64,000 nt of DNA from Candidatus Desulfovibrio intestinipullorum (GTDB lineage Bacteria; Desulfobacterota; Desulfovibrionia; Desulfovibrionales; Desulfovibrionaceae), in contig DXHV01000055.1 of assembly GCA_019113165.1 (NCBI GenBank), positions 30,009 through 94,008 of the forward strand, read 5' to 3'. Position 1 is the first letter of the stretch. Each line of letters opens with the position of its first letter. The position numbers and the translations under genes were made by a program. Positions 18,387 through 28,341 of this stretch are shown one piece after another. The notes under the pieces were generated by a model. The model saw nothing but the letters and a program-made list of their open reading frames with translations, had not been told where the DNA came from and made no database searches.

Positions 18387-20162
18387 CTACTGATTCTTTT
18401 CCAGTTCCTTCACTTCATCCCGCCAGTTGAAGACTGTGGCCAGTTCCTTGGGGGTGATGTCGAAGGTCGTGTTGTGCGGCGGCACAGGCTCGTCAGTGAA
18501 GAAGTCGGGCAGGCGGTCCTGCTCGATGCCGATGCCGGCCCTGCGGTTGAAGTCGATTTCCGTGGTCAGGATGCGCTGGCCCAGGGTCACCACGTCATCG
18601 CCGGTCAGGCTCCAGCCGAACTTGGCATTGAGCATGTCCACAATGGCGGGCAGGGCATCCGGCACGTCCAGGATGGCAAAGGCGGTGAAGAGGCACAGGC
18701 CCACGGAGTCCACGGAGGCCGTGGCAATCTGCAGGTTGCGGGAGAGCTCGATCTGGCCTTCCTTCTTCAGGGGATCCACCGTGCCGCCGCAGCTCAGGAT
18801 GTTGGCGGTCACGGCGTAGCCGGCCGTGTGGTCGGCGCCCATGGGGGTGGTGGCGTAGGTCACGCCCTGGCCCTTGACGGCACGCGGATCGTAGGCGGGC
18901 AGGCTCTGCCCCTTGACACAGGGCACGCGGCGCACGCCATAGACGCGGCCCGTAGTGGCCGTTCCGCAGCCAAGCACGCGGCCAAGGGCCGTGCCTTCGC
19001 TGATCTGGGCCACGGCATCAAGGGCAGCCTTGGCATCGCCGTAGGGGATGCCGCCGCCGGCCATGCACACGCCGACGGCCACGCCCACGTCAATGGTGTC
19101 CACGCCAAAGTCGTCGCACATGTAGTCGAAGCGGGAGACAGCGTCGAGATCGTCAATGCCGCTGTGCGGGCCGAAGCACCACAGGGTTTCGTATTCGGGC
19201 CACTTGCTCTGGAACTTGCCCTTCTTGTCGGCGAGCAGGCCGCTGCAGCGGAGCATGCAGCCGCTCATGCAGCCATGGGCCACGGAGCCTTCGCCGCCGC
19301 GTTCCTTGGTGACCTTGTTGAGGGTCTCGCCGGAGAGGTTTTCATGCCCTTCGAACTGGCCCACGGTAAAGTTCTTGGTGGGCAGGCCGCCGGCTTCGTG
19401 CAGAATGTTGACGAGCACGGCCGTGCCGTACTGGGCCAGGGCATTGCCCGTGATGGGATGGTCGGTGAGGGCCTTGGCAAAACGCTTGGAGGCGCTGCGG
19501 AAGGCCTCGGGATCGGCCAGGGGAGCGGACTTGCCGTTGGCGGGGTTCACAATGATGGCCTTGAGGCCCTTGGAGCCCATGACGGCGCCGACGCCGCCGC
19601 GGCCGGCATGGCGCATGGGACGCAGTTCGCGGTCCGTGCAGGCAATGCTCGACGCCGTGAGCTTGAACTCGCCGGCGCGGCCGATGGTGATGTAGCTGCA
19701 CTTGTCGCCGTACTGCTCGACCAGCTTGGCCACGGCATCAAAGTTGTTGAGGCCTGCCACGGTGGAGGGCACCAGACGGGCCGAGTCGAGGCCCAGTTCC
19801 AGCTGCCACCACTCGCCCTCGGGGGCCATGTTTTCCACAATGATGGCCAGGATGCCCAGCTTGGCAATATGTCCGCCGGGCTGACCGCCGGCATTGCTTT
19901 CCTTGATGCCGCCGGTGAGCGGGCTCTTGCAGCCCACGGAAATTCGGTTGGAGTTGGGGCTGTTGGTGGCGCCAAGCAGGCCGGGTGCAAAGACCAGCTT
20001 GTTGTGCGGTCCAAGGGCCGTGCAGGTGGGATCGACTTCCCTGGCAACAATGGTCGAGGTCAGCGCACGTCCGCCAAGGCCGGCATATTCCTGGGGTACC
20101 GGCTCGAAGGTACAGGTCTTGCTGGCCATGTCGACGCGCAGAAAACGAAACTCAAAGGACAT
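18387..20162 (-). CDS. aor: tungsten-containing aldehyde:ferredoxin oxidoreductase (AOR family)
   Basis: SD GGGAG before ATG 20162. 591 aa. N-terminus MSFEFRFLRVDMASKTCTFEPVPQEYAGLGGRALTS, with AFOR N- and C-domain motifs throughout (GLKAIIV, CMSGCMLRC, DxxSxCxF-like LCLFTAF). Confidence 0.9.
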   Translation of the reverse strand: MSFEFRFLRVDMASKTCTFEPVPQEYAGLGGRALTSTIVAREVDPTCTALGPHNKLVFAPGLLGATNSPNSNRISVGCKSPLTGGIKESNAGGQPGGHIAKLGILAIIVENMAPEGEWWQLELGLDSARLVPSTVAGLNNFDAVAKLVEQYGDKCSYITIGRAGEFKLTASSIACTDRELRPMRHAGRGGVGAVMGSKGLKAIIVNPANGKSAPLADPEAFRSASKRFAKALTDHPITGNALAQYGTAVLVNILHEAGGLPTKNFTVGQFEGHENLSGETLNKVTKERGGEGSVAHGCMSGCMLRCSGLLADKKGKFQSKWPEYETLWCFGPHSGIDDLDAVSRFDYMCDDFGVDTIDVGVAVGVCMAGGGIPYGDAKAALDAVAQISEGTALGRVLGCGTATTGRVYGVRRVPCVKGQSLPAYDPRAVKGQGVTYATTPMGADHTAGYAVTANILSCGGTVDPLKKEGQIELSRNLQIATASVDSVGLCLFTAFAILDVPDALPAIVDMLNAKFGWSLTGDDVVTLGQRILTTEIDFNRRAGIGIEQDRLPDFFTDEPVPPHNTTFDITPKELATVFNWRDEVKELEKNQ

Positions 20163-20360
20163 ATGTAAACTCCCGATGCTGTATGGTCCCTGAAAGAAGT
20201 GCCCTGCCTGAAACACCCGGCACGAAGGAAGTCTCCCCCCTTGTGTCAGGTTCGATTTCTTCTTAGCCTCAGGGCAGCAGAATGTACACTTTTGAAAAAA
20301 ACAGTCACGCTTTGCGGGGCACCCGGCAGACGGGAAGCGGCAAAGCAGGCTTTTTGAGCC

Positions 20361-21362
20361 TTAGTCGTCGATTTCCACGCTGGAGGCCGCAAAGTGCAGC
20401 CACACCCTGCGACCCTCGTAGAGCTCGGCCGAGTCCAGTCTGCCCCAGTCCAGATCCGCATGCAGAGGCGTGCCGTCGCACAATACCGTGCTGGCAAAGC
20501 CCTCCACGGAGTCGGCGTGCAGACCGGTTACGGTGGCCTCCAGGCAGTTGTGCAGGCTTGTCGGCACATGATCCAGGGTGAGCACAATGCGCGAGGAGGG
20601 AATGTGGAAGGAGATCACCTGCCTGTGCTCGCCCAGATCCAGGTCCTGGACGCGGTCAAGGCTTGTCTGGGCATAGAGGACAAGCTTGCTGGCAACGGAG
20701 ATCTCAAGCTCGGCCCGGCGCAGGCCTAAGCGTATGCTTGTGACAATGCCTGCCAGCACGTTGTCCCTGGACCTGCTGCGCTCGCGGGCCCGGTCCAGCA
20801 CGTGGCTTTTCACATCGCCGCCGGCAAAGTTCAGGAAGAAGGTCTTGGCAGCTCCAGGCTGGCCCAGGTACTTCTGCACCATGGACAGGGGCACGTGCAG
20901 GCTCAGGAGCTCCAGGCCCCGGGCATAGCGCAGGGCCCGCGGGGCCGCCTTCTGGGGCGGCAGACCGCAGAGCTCGGCCACGGCATAGAACTTCCTTCTG
21001 ATGAAGCCCGTATCCAGGGCCAGGAAGTCCGCCTGTTCCGCTTCCGGCAGTGAGAGAATGCGGCGAAAGTGCTGCATGCAGCCCATGGGCAGCATGATGT
21101 CGCGGGCATTTTCTCCGGGCACGGACAAGAGCCCGCTCTGCCTGTCCAGACAGGCTGTCACGGGCATCTCCAGCACTTCCCTGAGCCGCAGGCCGCCGTA
21201 GCGCACCAGCAGGAAGACGAGGTGCAGCTTGGCGCGCACAATGCGGCGGGCAGGCGTGGAGACGGCCTGCTCCCATGATTCCCAGCACAGGCTGAGCGTG
21301 GCCAGTTCTTCGGGGGTAAGGTTCTGCCTGTCGGCTGGCTGCTGTTCTAACTTGTTGGACAT
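20361..21362 (-). CDS. TunR-like regulator: degenerate tyrosine-recombinase-like N-domain plus two Mop/TOBE molybdate/tungstate-binding domains
   Basis: ATG 21362 inside ORF 20361..21926. ALRYARGLELLSLHVPLSMVQKYLGQPG resembles the recombinase catalytic region but lacks the His/Tyr residues. The C-terminus (NVLAGIVTSIRLGLRRAELEISV...; NCLEATVTGLHADSVEGFASTVL...) is TOBE-like. Adjacent to aor, as described for TunR in Desulfovibrio. Confidence 0.6.
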   Translation of the reverse strand: MSNKLEQQPADRQNLTPEELATLSLCWESWEQAVSTPARRIVRAKLHLVFLLVRYGGLRLREVLEMPVTACLDRQSGLLSVPGENARDIMLPMGCMQHFRRILSLPEAEQADFLALDTGFIRRKFYAVAELCGLPPQKAAPRALRYARGLELLSLHVPLSMVQKYLGQPGAAKTFFLNFAGGDVKSHVLDRARERSRSRDNVLAGIVTSIRLGLRRAELEISVASKLVLYAQTSLDRVQDLDLGEHRQVISFHIPSSRIVLTLDHVPTSLHNCLEATVTGLHADSVEGFASTVLCDGTPLHADLDWGRLDSAELYEGRRVWLHFAASSVEIDD

Positions 21363-22469
21363 GTTCCGGTTCCCCGGGGGATCCTGGCTTTTCTTCGTGC
21401 GCGACCCTGGTACCGTGCAGGGCTTGTGCGTGCCCCGGCCCTGCTGCATGGCTTCTGCAAAGGGAGCCGAACAGGCAGTTCCGCCAGGACCCAGGGCCCA
21501 AACCAGAAGGCACGAGACCCGTGGACAAAACCCCTGAAGGCACGAGGCCAGGGGAGCACGAGAGGAGCGCGCAGCGAGAGAAAGATCGGCACAAGTCCCG
21601 GAAGGGGCGCTCGCAAAGACGGGCGCAGGGCCTGAAAGTTCTGCACGAAAAAGGAGGCCCGGGTCCGGGAGCAGGGATCTTCCCAACAGGATCGTCCCAA
21701 TGCGTTTGAGGACAGTGTGTGTTCGGCAAGGGCTCCGGGGACAATCGTTTTTGCAGGGCAGGACAAAAAAACGTGACGCTGTCGTCGTTTTCCCACAGGA
21801 GGCCTTGTCGTCCGTGAAGGGGACCGGGGGCAGCATAGAGCAGATTGGAGGCAAGCACAATGAAAAAAACGAGGCTTGTCCTGACCGGTGCCAATGGACC
21901 GGAAGCCCCACCTCTGTCCCGCACATGCTGCTTTCCCTTGTGCCTGCCGGCCCTCTGCTGCCAATGGTGACTGCCCCTTTTCCGCCCTCTGGAAAAACCG
22001 CTCCTTCCCGGCATCAGGGATCTTCTTCAACCCGAAGGATCTCATGCAGGGCCTTGCACAAGCCACCCGGGACGACAGACAGTGACCGTCCACCGATCAG
22101 TCCCAGAGCGTGGCGCGGCCTCTCTCAACCCCAGACCGTCCCGACTGATCTGTCTTCTGCTCTGGTTTGTCTCGACTGATCTGTCCCGGAGTCATGACCT
22201 GCAGGGCTCTCATCCGGGAACCGCCCTGCACTGCTCCTGTTTTCCTGCCTGAACACCTGGGCAGCGTCCTTGACACTTTCTTCTTTTTTGGAAAATCTGA
22301 TTGCACAGGTAGATGCTCACCTTGCGACGGATAGTGTCCATGTCACCGGACCTGTCTGCCTGATCGGCACGAACAACCCCGTTTGGCCCCGTTTGGCCCG
22401 ATCGACCGATCACTCACACTTTTCTCTGGGCCAGAGCTCCGGTCCAGTCATCAGAAAAAGGAATTCAAC

Positions 22470-22964
22470 ATGAGGAAACTTGCGTCTCTTTGTCTTGCCC
22501 TTCTGGCTCTTGTGTGCCTGGCAGCAAACGTGCAAGCACAGGAAATCAGGAACGACTACTTCTCCCTGAACCTTCCCGCAGACTGGAACAGCACGGTTTC
22601 CAAGCCCCAGTCCAACGGATCAGTCACCGTGCTTCTGCAGAGCAAGACCGACAAGCTCGTCATCACCATAACGGTCGTGCCCGCTCCCCTGCCTGCCCAA
22701 ATGCTTGCCGAACAGACTGTCCAGAGCATGCGGACCGGCGGCATCACTGTTAAGGAGCCTGTGCAGCAGGGAGACTCCTATGTGGTGGAATTTTCCCACG
22801 ACACCAAGCAGGTCAAAGGTCTGAACTATTTCACGAGCAACGGCAGCAAGGGCAGCGTTGTGACCATCATGGCCCCCGATACCGATGGTTTTGCCAAGGG
22901 CAAGGCCTTTTTGCAGGAAACGCTCAAGCCTGTCGACGCCAGGCTCTTCCCGGCCAGCTACTAG
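22470..22964 (+). CDS. hypothetical secreted/periplasmic protein
   Basis: SD-like AAAAAGGAA before ATG 22470. Sec signal MRKLASLCLALLALVCLAANVQA/QE. 164 aa. No family recognised. Confidence 0.6.
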   Translation: MRKLASLCLALLALVCLAANVQAQEIRNDYFSLNLPADWNSTVSKPQSNGSVTVLLQSKTDKLVITITVVPAPLPAQMLAEQTVQSMRTGGITVKEPVQQGDSYVVEFSHDTKQVKGLNYFTSNGSKGSVVTIMAPDTDGFAKGKAFLQETLKPVDARLFPASY

Positions 22965-23013
22965 GCGCAGGACCAGGAAGAAACTGACAGCGTCTGCCTG
23001 TCAGCAGAAAGGC

Positions 23014-23049
23014 AAGGGGGTGATTGTGACATCACCCCCTTTTCTTTTG
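23014..23049 (+). terminator. rho-independent terminator (could act for both convergent genes)
   Basis: aagggggtgat-tgtgac-atcaccccctt (11-bp stem) followed by ttcttttg. Confidence 0.65.
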
Positions 23050-23388
23050 CTCCTTATCATGGCGTGAAAAAATTCCTCTGCAAAGAAACAGAACTGAAGA
23101 AGTACAGAGACCAGGCATTGCCGAGGTATGCCGGGACATTCGAGAGGCTCGGGGATGCCTGATCGTCTTGTCCCGGTTTCCAGACCCTGTCTTCAGGGCA
23201 TGACGAAACAGGCCCGGTCACGGACAGGCGACCTGCTGCGCCTGCCTGTGACCGGGCCTGCATGTCAAGAAAAACCCTGCAGTCCGGGGATGCTTCTGCC
23301 TCGTGGACCGGGGCCTGGGACACATGAGCTTCCTGCCGTACAGGGAGCAGGGACGCGTCAGAAAACTTCGGGAGCCTCCTGGGAGCCT

Positions 23389-26300
23389 TCAGGCCCCTTC
23401 CCTCTTCATGCCGGCTGCCTGTTCCTCCAGCTCGGCCACAATCTGTTCCAGAATGTCGGCCGGCGCCTCGCCTGGCCGTGCTTCCAGGGCTTCGCGCCGG
23501 CGCTCGAGCTCGTCCTTGATGCTGCCGTCAGGATACGCCCTGCGCAGCACCTCCAGGGCCCTGGCGCAGCCAAGACTTGCGTAGAGCCGCGAGCGCACGC
23601 GCATGTCCTCGGCCGTGGTGGAAAAGGCCCAGCGGGCATAGGCACCCACCGTGCAGGTGAGATAGTGGATGGACTCGCCGCTTGAGGTACGAAAGAGCGC
23701 AATGAGCCCTGCCCCTGCCCTGGTGGGTCGTGTTATGTGGCGCAGGGCATGAAGGGCCGCCTGATTGAGGCCAAAGCGGGCGGCAATGTCCCTGGCTTCC
23801 TGGGCTGTGCCGCTGCCAAGGACGTAGATGCTTGTGGCCAGGTCCACGAGCACGGACGGAAAGTCCCCCAGCTGCTGGGAGTAGAGGGCAATGGAGAGGT
23901 TCTGCTTGCGGGCTTCCCTGCTTGCCGTGGTGAGATCCGCCAGAATCTGGCGCGAGAGGGGATTGTTGAGGTCCGCGCAGCTGGCCCGGTGGAATTCGTC
24001 GTAGCAGAGGCGCTTGGGGTCGGCCACCAGGTTCTCGAAGCGCGGCCTGTGATAGGAGCGGTAGAGAGGCGGCACATGATCGAGATCGGCCACGGAATTG
24101 AAAAAGTGGGCTGCGCCCACAAAGCGGGCCAGAAGGTACATGATGCCGGACTGCCGCTCTGCCGCCGCCCCGCCCCTGGGCGTCACTTCCGAGAGATCGA
24201 GCCCCACAATCTGGGCCGCGCCCAGGGCAAAGCGCGTGGGTGCGGCCAGGATGGGGTACTCGCGCAGGGCTGTGGTCAGATGGCGCACGCAGGCCTCGGG
24301 CACGCTCTCCGCCGACCCGTGCAGGGTAATGGTGCGAAAGCGGTCGCGTATGAGGGGATCGTTGAGCTCCACCAGCACGTCGGTGAGCAGGGGCACGGCA
24401 TGGCGCTGGGCCTGCACGGCCAGGGGGATGTTGCCGGCCCTGAAGAGCTCGGCCACGATGTCCCACCAGGTGGTGACCGCATCGTGGCGGATGTGGTGCT
24501 CGTCCAGCCAGCGCGTGAGCCCGGACTCCAGAAAGGGATCAAAGCGCCTGGGCCTGGCGCCCTGGGGCGCCAGCTTGCGATAGACCGCATCCAGAGCCTC
24601 GCGCAGCATGTCCGTGACGCCGTCGGCCGGAGCGGTCTCGTTCAGGGGCGTGCACAGGAGCGCCAGCAGATTGACAAGAAAACCCGCGTGATTGGGCAGG
24701 GGCGCGTCGCAGCCCAAAGGGGTGTCAAAGGGATTGATGGCGGCCTCGCGCACGTTGCGCAGCCTGGCAAAGACGGCCAGATGCCGCTTGTGCCTGGGCA
24801 GGGCCGCCCTGATGAGTTCAATGACGCCTGCACAGGAGGGGCCTATGTCGATGACTGTCAGCCAGGGGAGCCTTGTCTGCCCCGGCCGCAGCACAAAGAA
24901 GAAGTTGAGGGTATTGAGAAAGAAGGACTTGCCCGCGCCCATGCCGGCAAAGCAGATCTCGTTCCAGCTTGCCATGGAGGAGTGAAAGAGGCTCATGGGC
25001 ATGAACTTGCCGTCCGAGGTGCGCAGGGGCACTTCCGTTGCCGTCCAGGGCGAGCAGGGACGAAAGAGCGGCAGGAGGCGCACGGCGTCCGAGAGGGGCG
25101 CAATGGCCTTTGGCACAGGCTGCGAGGGCGCCATGGCCGGCAGGGTGGCAGCATAGAGTTCCAGGGCATCCCCGCACTGGGCGCTTGTGTCGCAGGCGCC
25201 CCAGGACTGCACGGCCGAGGCCAGGCGGGCCGCCCGCTGGCTCACTGTGCGGCGGGCCTGTACCCTGCTCTCGCACTCGTCCAGATTCACCCAGGTGACC
25301 AGACTCATCTGCAGGCCCACTGTGGTCTCGCCCTGCAAAACCAGATTCTGCAGGCTCTGAAAGCTCTGCTGCAGCATGCGGTTGACCGGCGAGGCAAAGG
25401 AGAGGATGGAGGCGGCCACGGACTTGAGGGCCTGGCCCTTCATGCCGTCCCCGGACAGGAGGATGCTCGCCCGCCAGGGCAGGCCCTCGTTGAGGAGGGA
25501 GCGAAAGAGGCTGGCAAAGGGCAGCAGGGTCTGGGGCGGCAGGGACAGGTAGAGCGGCGCAGAGAGAAAGCCGTCCACTTCCACCAGGCGTCCCTCGTGC
25601 ACTCGTGCCTCGCAGGGCCAGACCTGGCGCGCTATGGTGGGCGGAAGATAGGAGGTCGCCTCGTTGCGGCGCGAGCCAGGCAAAGGCACCCGAAGCGGGA
25701 GCGGATCCCCTGGCAGGCAGGGCCGCCAGGTGGGAGCAGTGGATTTGGGGGCATTGAGCAGGCGCAGGGCGGCCACGGCCTCGTGGGCTTCCAGCACTCT
25801 GGCCCGCAAACGCACACTGCCCAGCTTGTCTACAAGATCGCGCACCTGGGAGCGGTGCACATCGCGCATGCGGGCAATGGCCACGTGCAGGCCCTGGGCC
25901 TCGCGGCTTTTTGCCAGGGGCTGGCGCAGGCGGCGGTTCTCGGCCAGGGCCTTGCTGTACTCGGCCCGGCTCAGGATGGAGGGCTTTGTCCAGAAGGCCA
26001 GCAGGGTGCGCTCGCTCGCACAGTAGCGGGCAAGATCCTCTTCCCAGTCCTCCAGCACCCGCTCAAGATCGAGCTCCAGATGGCGGGCTGTCACATGCAA
26101 AGGCGCCATGGCCCTGGCAATGTCCTTGTGCGCCCGTTCCGGATCGCAGCAGAAGACCACCTGCAGGGCATGGGCCTCGCGGGCCAGGGGCGTGCGCAGG
26201 GAGCTGCAGAGCACCTGGCACACTTCCTCGTATTCCTCGCTGCCCGTGAGCCTGAGGCTGCCGGAGAGCTCGATGAGGGAGACCATGGCGGCCGTGTCGG

Positions 26301-26424
26301 CCACCAGGATGTCGTGCTCCTCGCAGGTGTGCAGGCGGCACAGGGAGGTGGGCGTCACGTTGCAGAAGTCCTGCAGATTGCGGCCAAGGCTGTCCAGTGC
26401 GGCAAAGAATCCGTCCAGGGACAT
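23389..26424 (-). CDS. icmB: type IVB secretion ATPase IcmB/DotO (TraU-like)
   Basis: SD GGAGG before ATG 26424 inside ORF 23389..27213. 1011 aa, the size of IcmB. Walker A CFAGMGAGKSFFLNTLN. Last gene of the minus-strand block, as in icm region II. Confidence 0.8.
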   Translation of the reverse strand: MSLDGFFAALDSLGRNLQDFCNVTPTSLCRLHTCEEHDILVADTAAMVSLIELSGSLRLTGSEEYEEVCQVLCSSLRTPLAREAHALQVVFCCDPERAHKDIARAMAPLHVTARHLELDLERVLEDWEEDLARYCASERTLLAFWTKPSILSRAEYSKALAENRRLRQPLAKSREAQGLHVAIARMRDVHRSQVRDLVDKLGSVRLRARVLEAHEAVAALRLLNAPKSTAPTWRPCLPGDPLPLRVPLPGSRRNEATSYLPPTIARQVWPCEARVHEGRLVEVDGFLSAPLYLSLPPQTLLPFASLFRSLLNEGLPWRASILLSGDGMKGQALKSVAASILSFASPVNRMLQQSFQSLQNLVLQGETTVGLQMSLVTWVNLDECESRVQARRTVSQRAARLASAVQSWGACDTSAQCGDALELYAATLPAMAPSQPVPKAIAPLSDAVRLLPLFRPCSPWTATEVPLRTSDGKFMPMSLFHSSMASWNEICFAGMGAGKSFFLNTLNFFFVLRPGQTRLPWLTVIDIGPSCAGVIELIRAALPRHKRHLAVFARLRNVREAAINPFDTPLGCDAPLPNHAGFLVNLLALLCTPLNETAPADGVTDMLREALDAVYRKLAPQGARPRRFDPFLESGLTRWLDEHHIRHDAVTTWWDIVAELFRAGNIPLAVQAQRHAVPLLTDVLVELNDPLIRDRFRTITLHGSAESVPEACVRHLTTALREYPILAAPTRFALGAAQIVGLDLSEVTPRGGAAAERQSGIMYLLARFVGAAHFFNSVADLDHVPPLYRSYHRPRFENLVADPKRLCYDEFHRASCADLNNPLSRQILADLTTASREARKQNLSIALYSQQLGDFPSVLVDLATSIYVLGSGTAQEARDIAARFGLNQAALHALRHITRPTRAGAGLIALFRTSSGESIHYLTCTVGAYARWAFSTTAEDMRVRSRLYASLGCARALEVLRRAYPDGSIKDELERRREALEARPGEAPADILEQIVAELEEQAAGMKREGA

Positions 26425-26498
26425 GGAAGACCTCCGGGAAAACAAGACAGAAACAGGGGAAACTCGGGACCAGGGACAGACTGGAAGCTGTGCGCTTG

Positions 26499-27305
26499 TC
26501 AGGGCACCACCACGCGCCGTGTGGTCACCAGACTGGTCAGGGCCACGCCCTGGGGGTAGTCCGTGGCCGGCACCCGCTGCACCTGGCAGACAACGGTGAC
26601 CGCATTGTTGGAGATGCGGCCTGCCGAGGTCTCGTAGGTGACAAGCAGGGGGATCTCGAATTCCCAGAGCAGAGTCCCCTGCACGACACCAGAGCGGGTC
26701 ATGACGGGTGTGCCCTGCACCACAGCGTGCATGAGGGCACGCTGCTGGCGGATGAGATCGAGATGGCCTTCCTTGTCCAGGGAAGTGGCAAAGCGCACGA
26801 AGGCCTGGCGGGTAAAGAAGCGGCGCACCTCGTTGAGCTGGCGCTTCCAGTGCACGTAGTCCAGGTTGAAGGACAGGGTCACGGCCTGGGCCACCCAGTT
26901 CTTGAGACTGGCTTCGTTCATGATGGGCGCCGAGAGCGGCGTCATGGGCAGAAGCTTCATCTCCTGGCTCATGCCGAAGTAGACCGGCTCGGGCCGGGTG
27001 AGCAGGGTCACGCACAGGGCGGCAAAGCAGAGGACATTGGCAAGGGCCAGGACAAGGCCTGTCTTCTGGGCAGAGCGCAGGGCCCGGCGCAAAGAGACCA
27101 GACTCTCCGCGCAGCCCAGGGCCCCTGCCAGGGGAAGATCTGCTCCGCTGTCTGCCAGGTTGCCTGTTCTGTCGCCTTCTGCTCCAGCCCTGCCCGTCTC
27201 CGGAAAGAAGCATCCCTGCTTAAGACCCGTTCCCTTGTGCCCGGGCTTACTGTTCTGCGACGCCTGCGTCGCCTGCCGGCCCAATCCAAACACGCGCAGC
27301 GGCAT
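26499..27305 (-). CDS. icmL: DotI/IcmL (TraM-like) family inner-membrane T4BSS protein
   Basis: SD AAGGAGG before ATG 27305. One TM (GLVLALANVLCFAALCVTLL). The periplasmic domain NEASLKNWVAQAVTLSFNLDYVHWKRQLNEVRRFFTRQAF..FEIPLLVTYETS is typical of DotI/IcmL. Confidence 0.7.
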   Translation of the reverse strand: MPLRVFGLGRQATQASQNSKPGHKGTGLKQGCFFPETGRAGAEGDRTGNLADSGADLPLAGALGCAESLVSLRRALRSAQKTGLVLALANVLCFAALCVTLLTRPEPVYFGMSQEMKLLPMTPLSAPIMNEASLKNWVAQAVTLSFNLDYVHWKRQLNEVRRFFTRQAFVRFATSLDKEGHLDLIRQQRALMHAVVQGTPVMTRSGVVQGTLLWEFEIPLLVTYETSAGRISNNAVTVVCQVQRVPATDYPQGVALTSLVTTRRVVVP

Positions 27306-27400
27306 GATGCTCCTCCTTGCATTGCTCCTTCTTCGAAGGCAGAATGGGGAAACGAGGAAAAAACTCATCAGGACAGTCCTTGGGACAATCACTGGGACAG

Positions 27401-28201
27401 TCACCGGGACAGCCCGGCACGGCCAAGCAGCCGGCGGGTTTCGGCAAACCACTGCCCGGCCCACTCCGAGGCGCTGCCCCACACCTCGGACTGGGCATAG
27501 ACGCGGGCCTTCGGGTGCCTGCGCCAGTCGCAGAGCCAGCGCAAGGGGCGCAAACGGGCGGCAGCCCGGGCGCGTTCTTCCCGTGACCCTGTGCGGACCA
27601 GGCGCCCCAGCACAAGGCCAAGGGCGGCTTCCCGGCCGTCCAGCATGTCTGCCAGATCGTAGCGCCTGCCCCGCAGGGTGAGGGTGACTCCGGCCAGCGT
27701 GCAGCGGGCAAGGGCCCGGTCCACCTCCTCGCAGCGATCGCGGATGCGCAGCATGCGTTCCTCCTCGGTGCTGCGGGCCTCTTTCGCGTGCACAATGCCC
27801 TGCTCGGCAAGCCTGGCACAGCGCACGTCCACGACGGCACGCACGTGCACATACAGGGTCAGAAAGCGCTGCGGGATCCGCTCGCTCCACAGGAAACGGC
27901 CTGGCAGAAGGCCCTGCTCCAGCATGAGGTCGCAGTGCATGAGGCCGTGGCAGAGGGGACAGAGGGTGGCCAGGTTGGCAAGCGTCTGATTGTCCGGGTT
28001 GTCGTCCTTGTGGTGCACCTCAAGGCCTGCCCACAGATCCTCGTCGCAGGGCGAAGAGCGGCAGCCGCAGCCCTGACAGGTCCAGTCGTCGTGGCGCAGG
28101 GCCGCAAAGCGCGGATCCCTGGCCGTGCCCCTGGTGTCATTGTCCATGCTTGTCTGCAGCCAGACGGCGCCGCGCACCACATTGGCCAGCGTGAATTCCA
28201 T
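27401..28201 (-). CDS. HNH/zinc-finger motif protein at the position of IcmJ/DotN
   Basis: CQGCGC...EVHHKDDNPDNQTLANLATLCPLCH is a CxxC...HH..N...CxxCH HNH-type zinc motif. It lies between the IcmD-like and IcmB genes, where icmJ lies in Legionella. Confidence 0.5.
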   Translation of the reverse strand: MEFTLANVVRGAVWLQTSMDNDTRGTARDPRFAALRHDDWTCQGCGCRSSPCDEDLWAGLEVHHKDDNPDNQTLANLATLCPLCHGLMHCDLMLEQGLLPGRFLWSERIPQRFLTLYVHVRAVVDVRCARLAEQGIVHAKEARSTEEERMLRIRDRCEEVDRALARCTLAGVTLTLRGRRYDLADMLDGREAALGLVLGRLVRTGSREERARAAARLRPLRWLCDWRRHPKARVYAQSEVWGSASEWAGQWFAETRRLLGRAGLSR

Positions 28202-28341
28202 CACTTCCTGCGCCCCCCTGTCTCTGTTCCTGTCTCTGTCTCTGTTCCTGTCTCTTGGACGTCCTGACTGTCCGGGAAAACGGGCCGGGGCAACGACAGG
28301 GGCATTCTGCCCGCAGCCTTCCCCCGGGCCCTGTTCATGAT

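Noticed and set aside
18294-20168. 624-aa ORF on the + strand
   Set aside because: It is antisense to the well-supported aor gene. The composition is Gly/Ala/His-rich with no motifs.
20361-21926. Long (521 aa) form of the regulator ORF, and the 436-aa and 248-aa ORFs overlapping it
   Set aside because: The extra N-terminal 188 aa are low-complexity with no motif. The recombinase-like domain begins right after the internal ATG 21362 (MSNKLEQQ).
23737-26559. 940-aa ORF on the + strand
   Set aside because: It is antisense to icmB/dotO, which has a Walker A motif, the right length and an SD. No motifs were found; it is a high-GC artefact.
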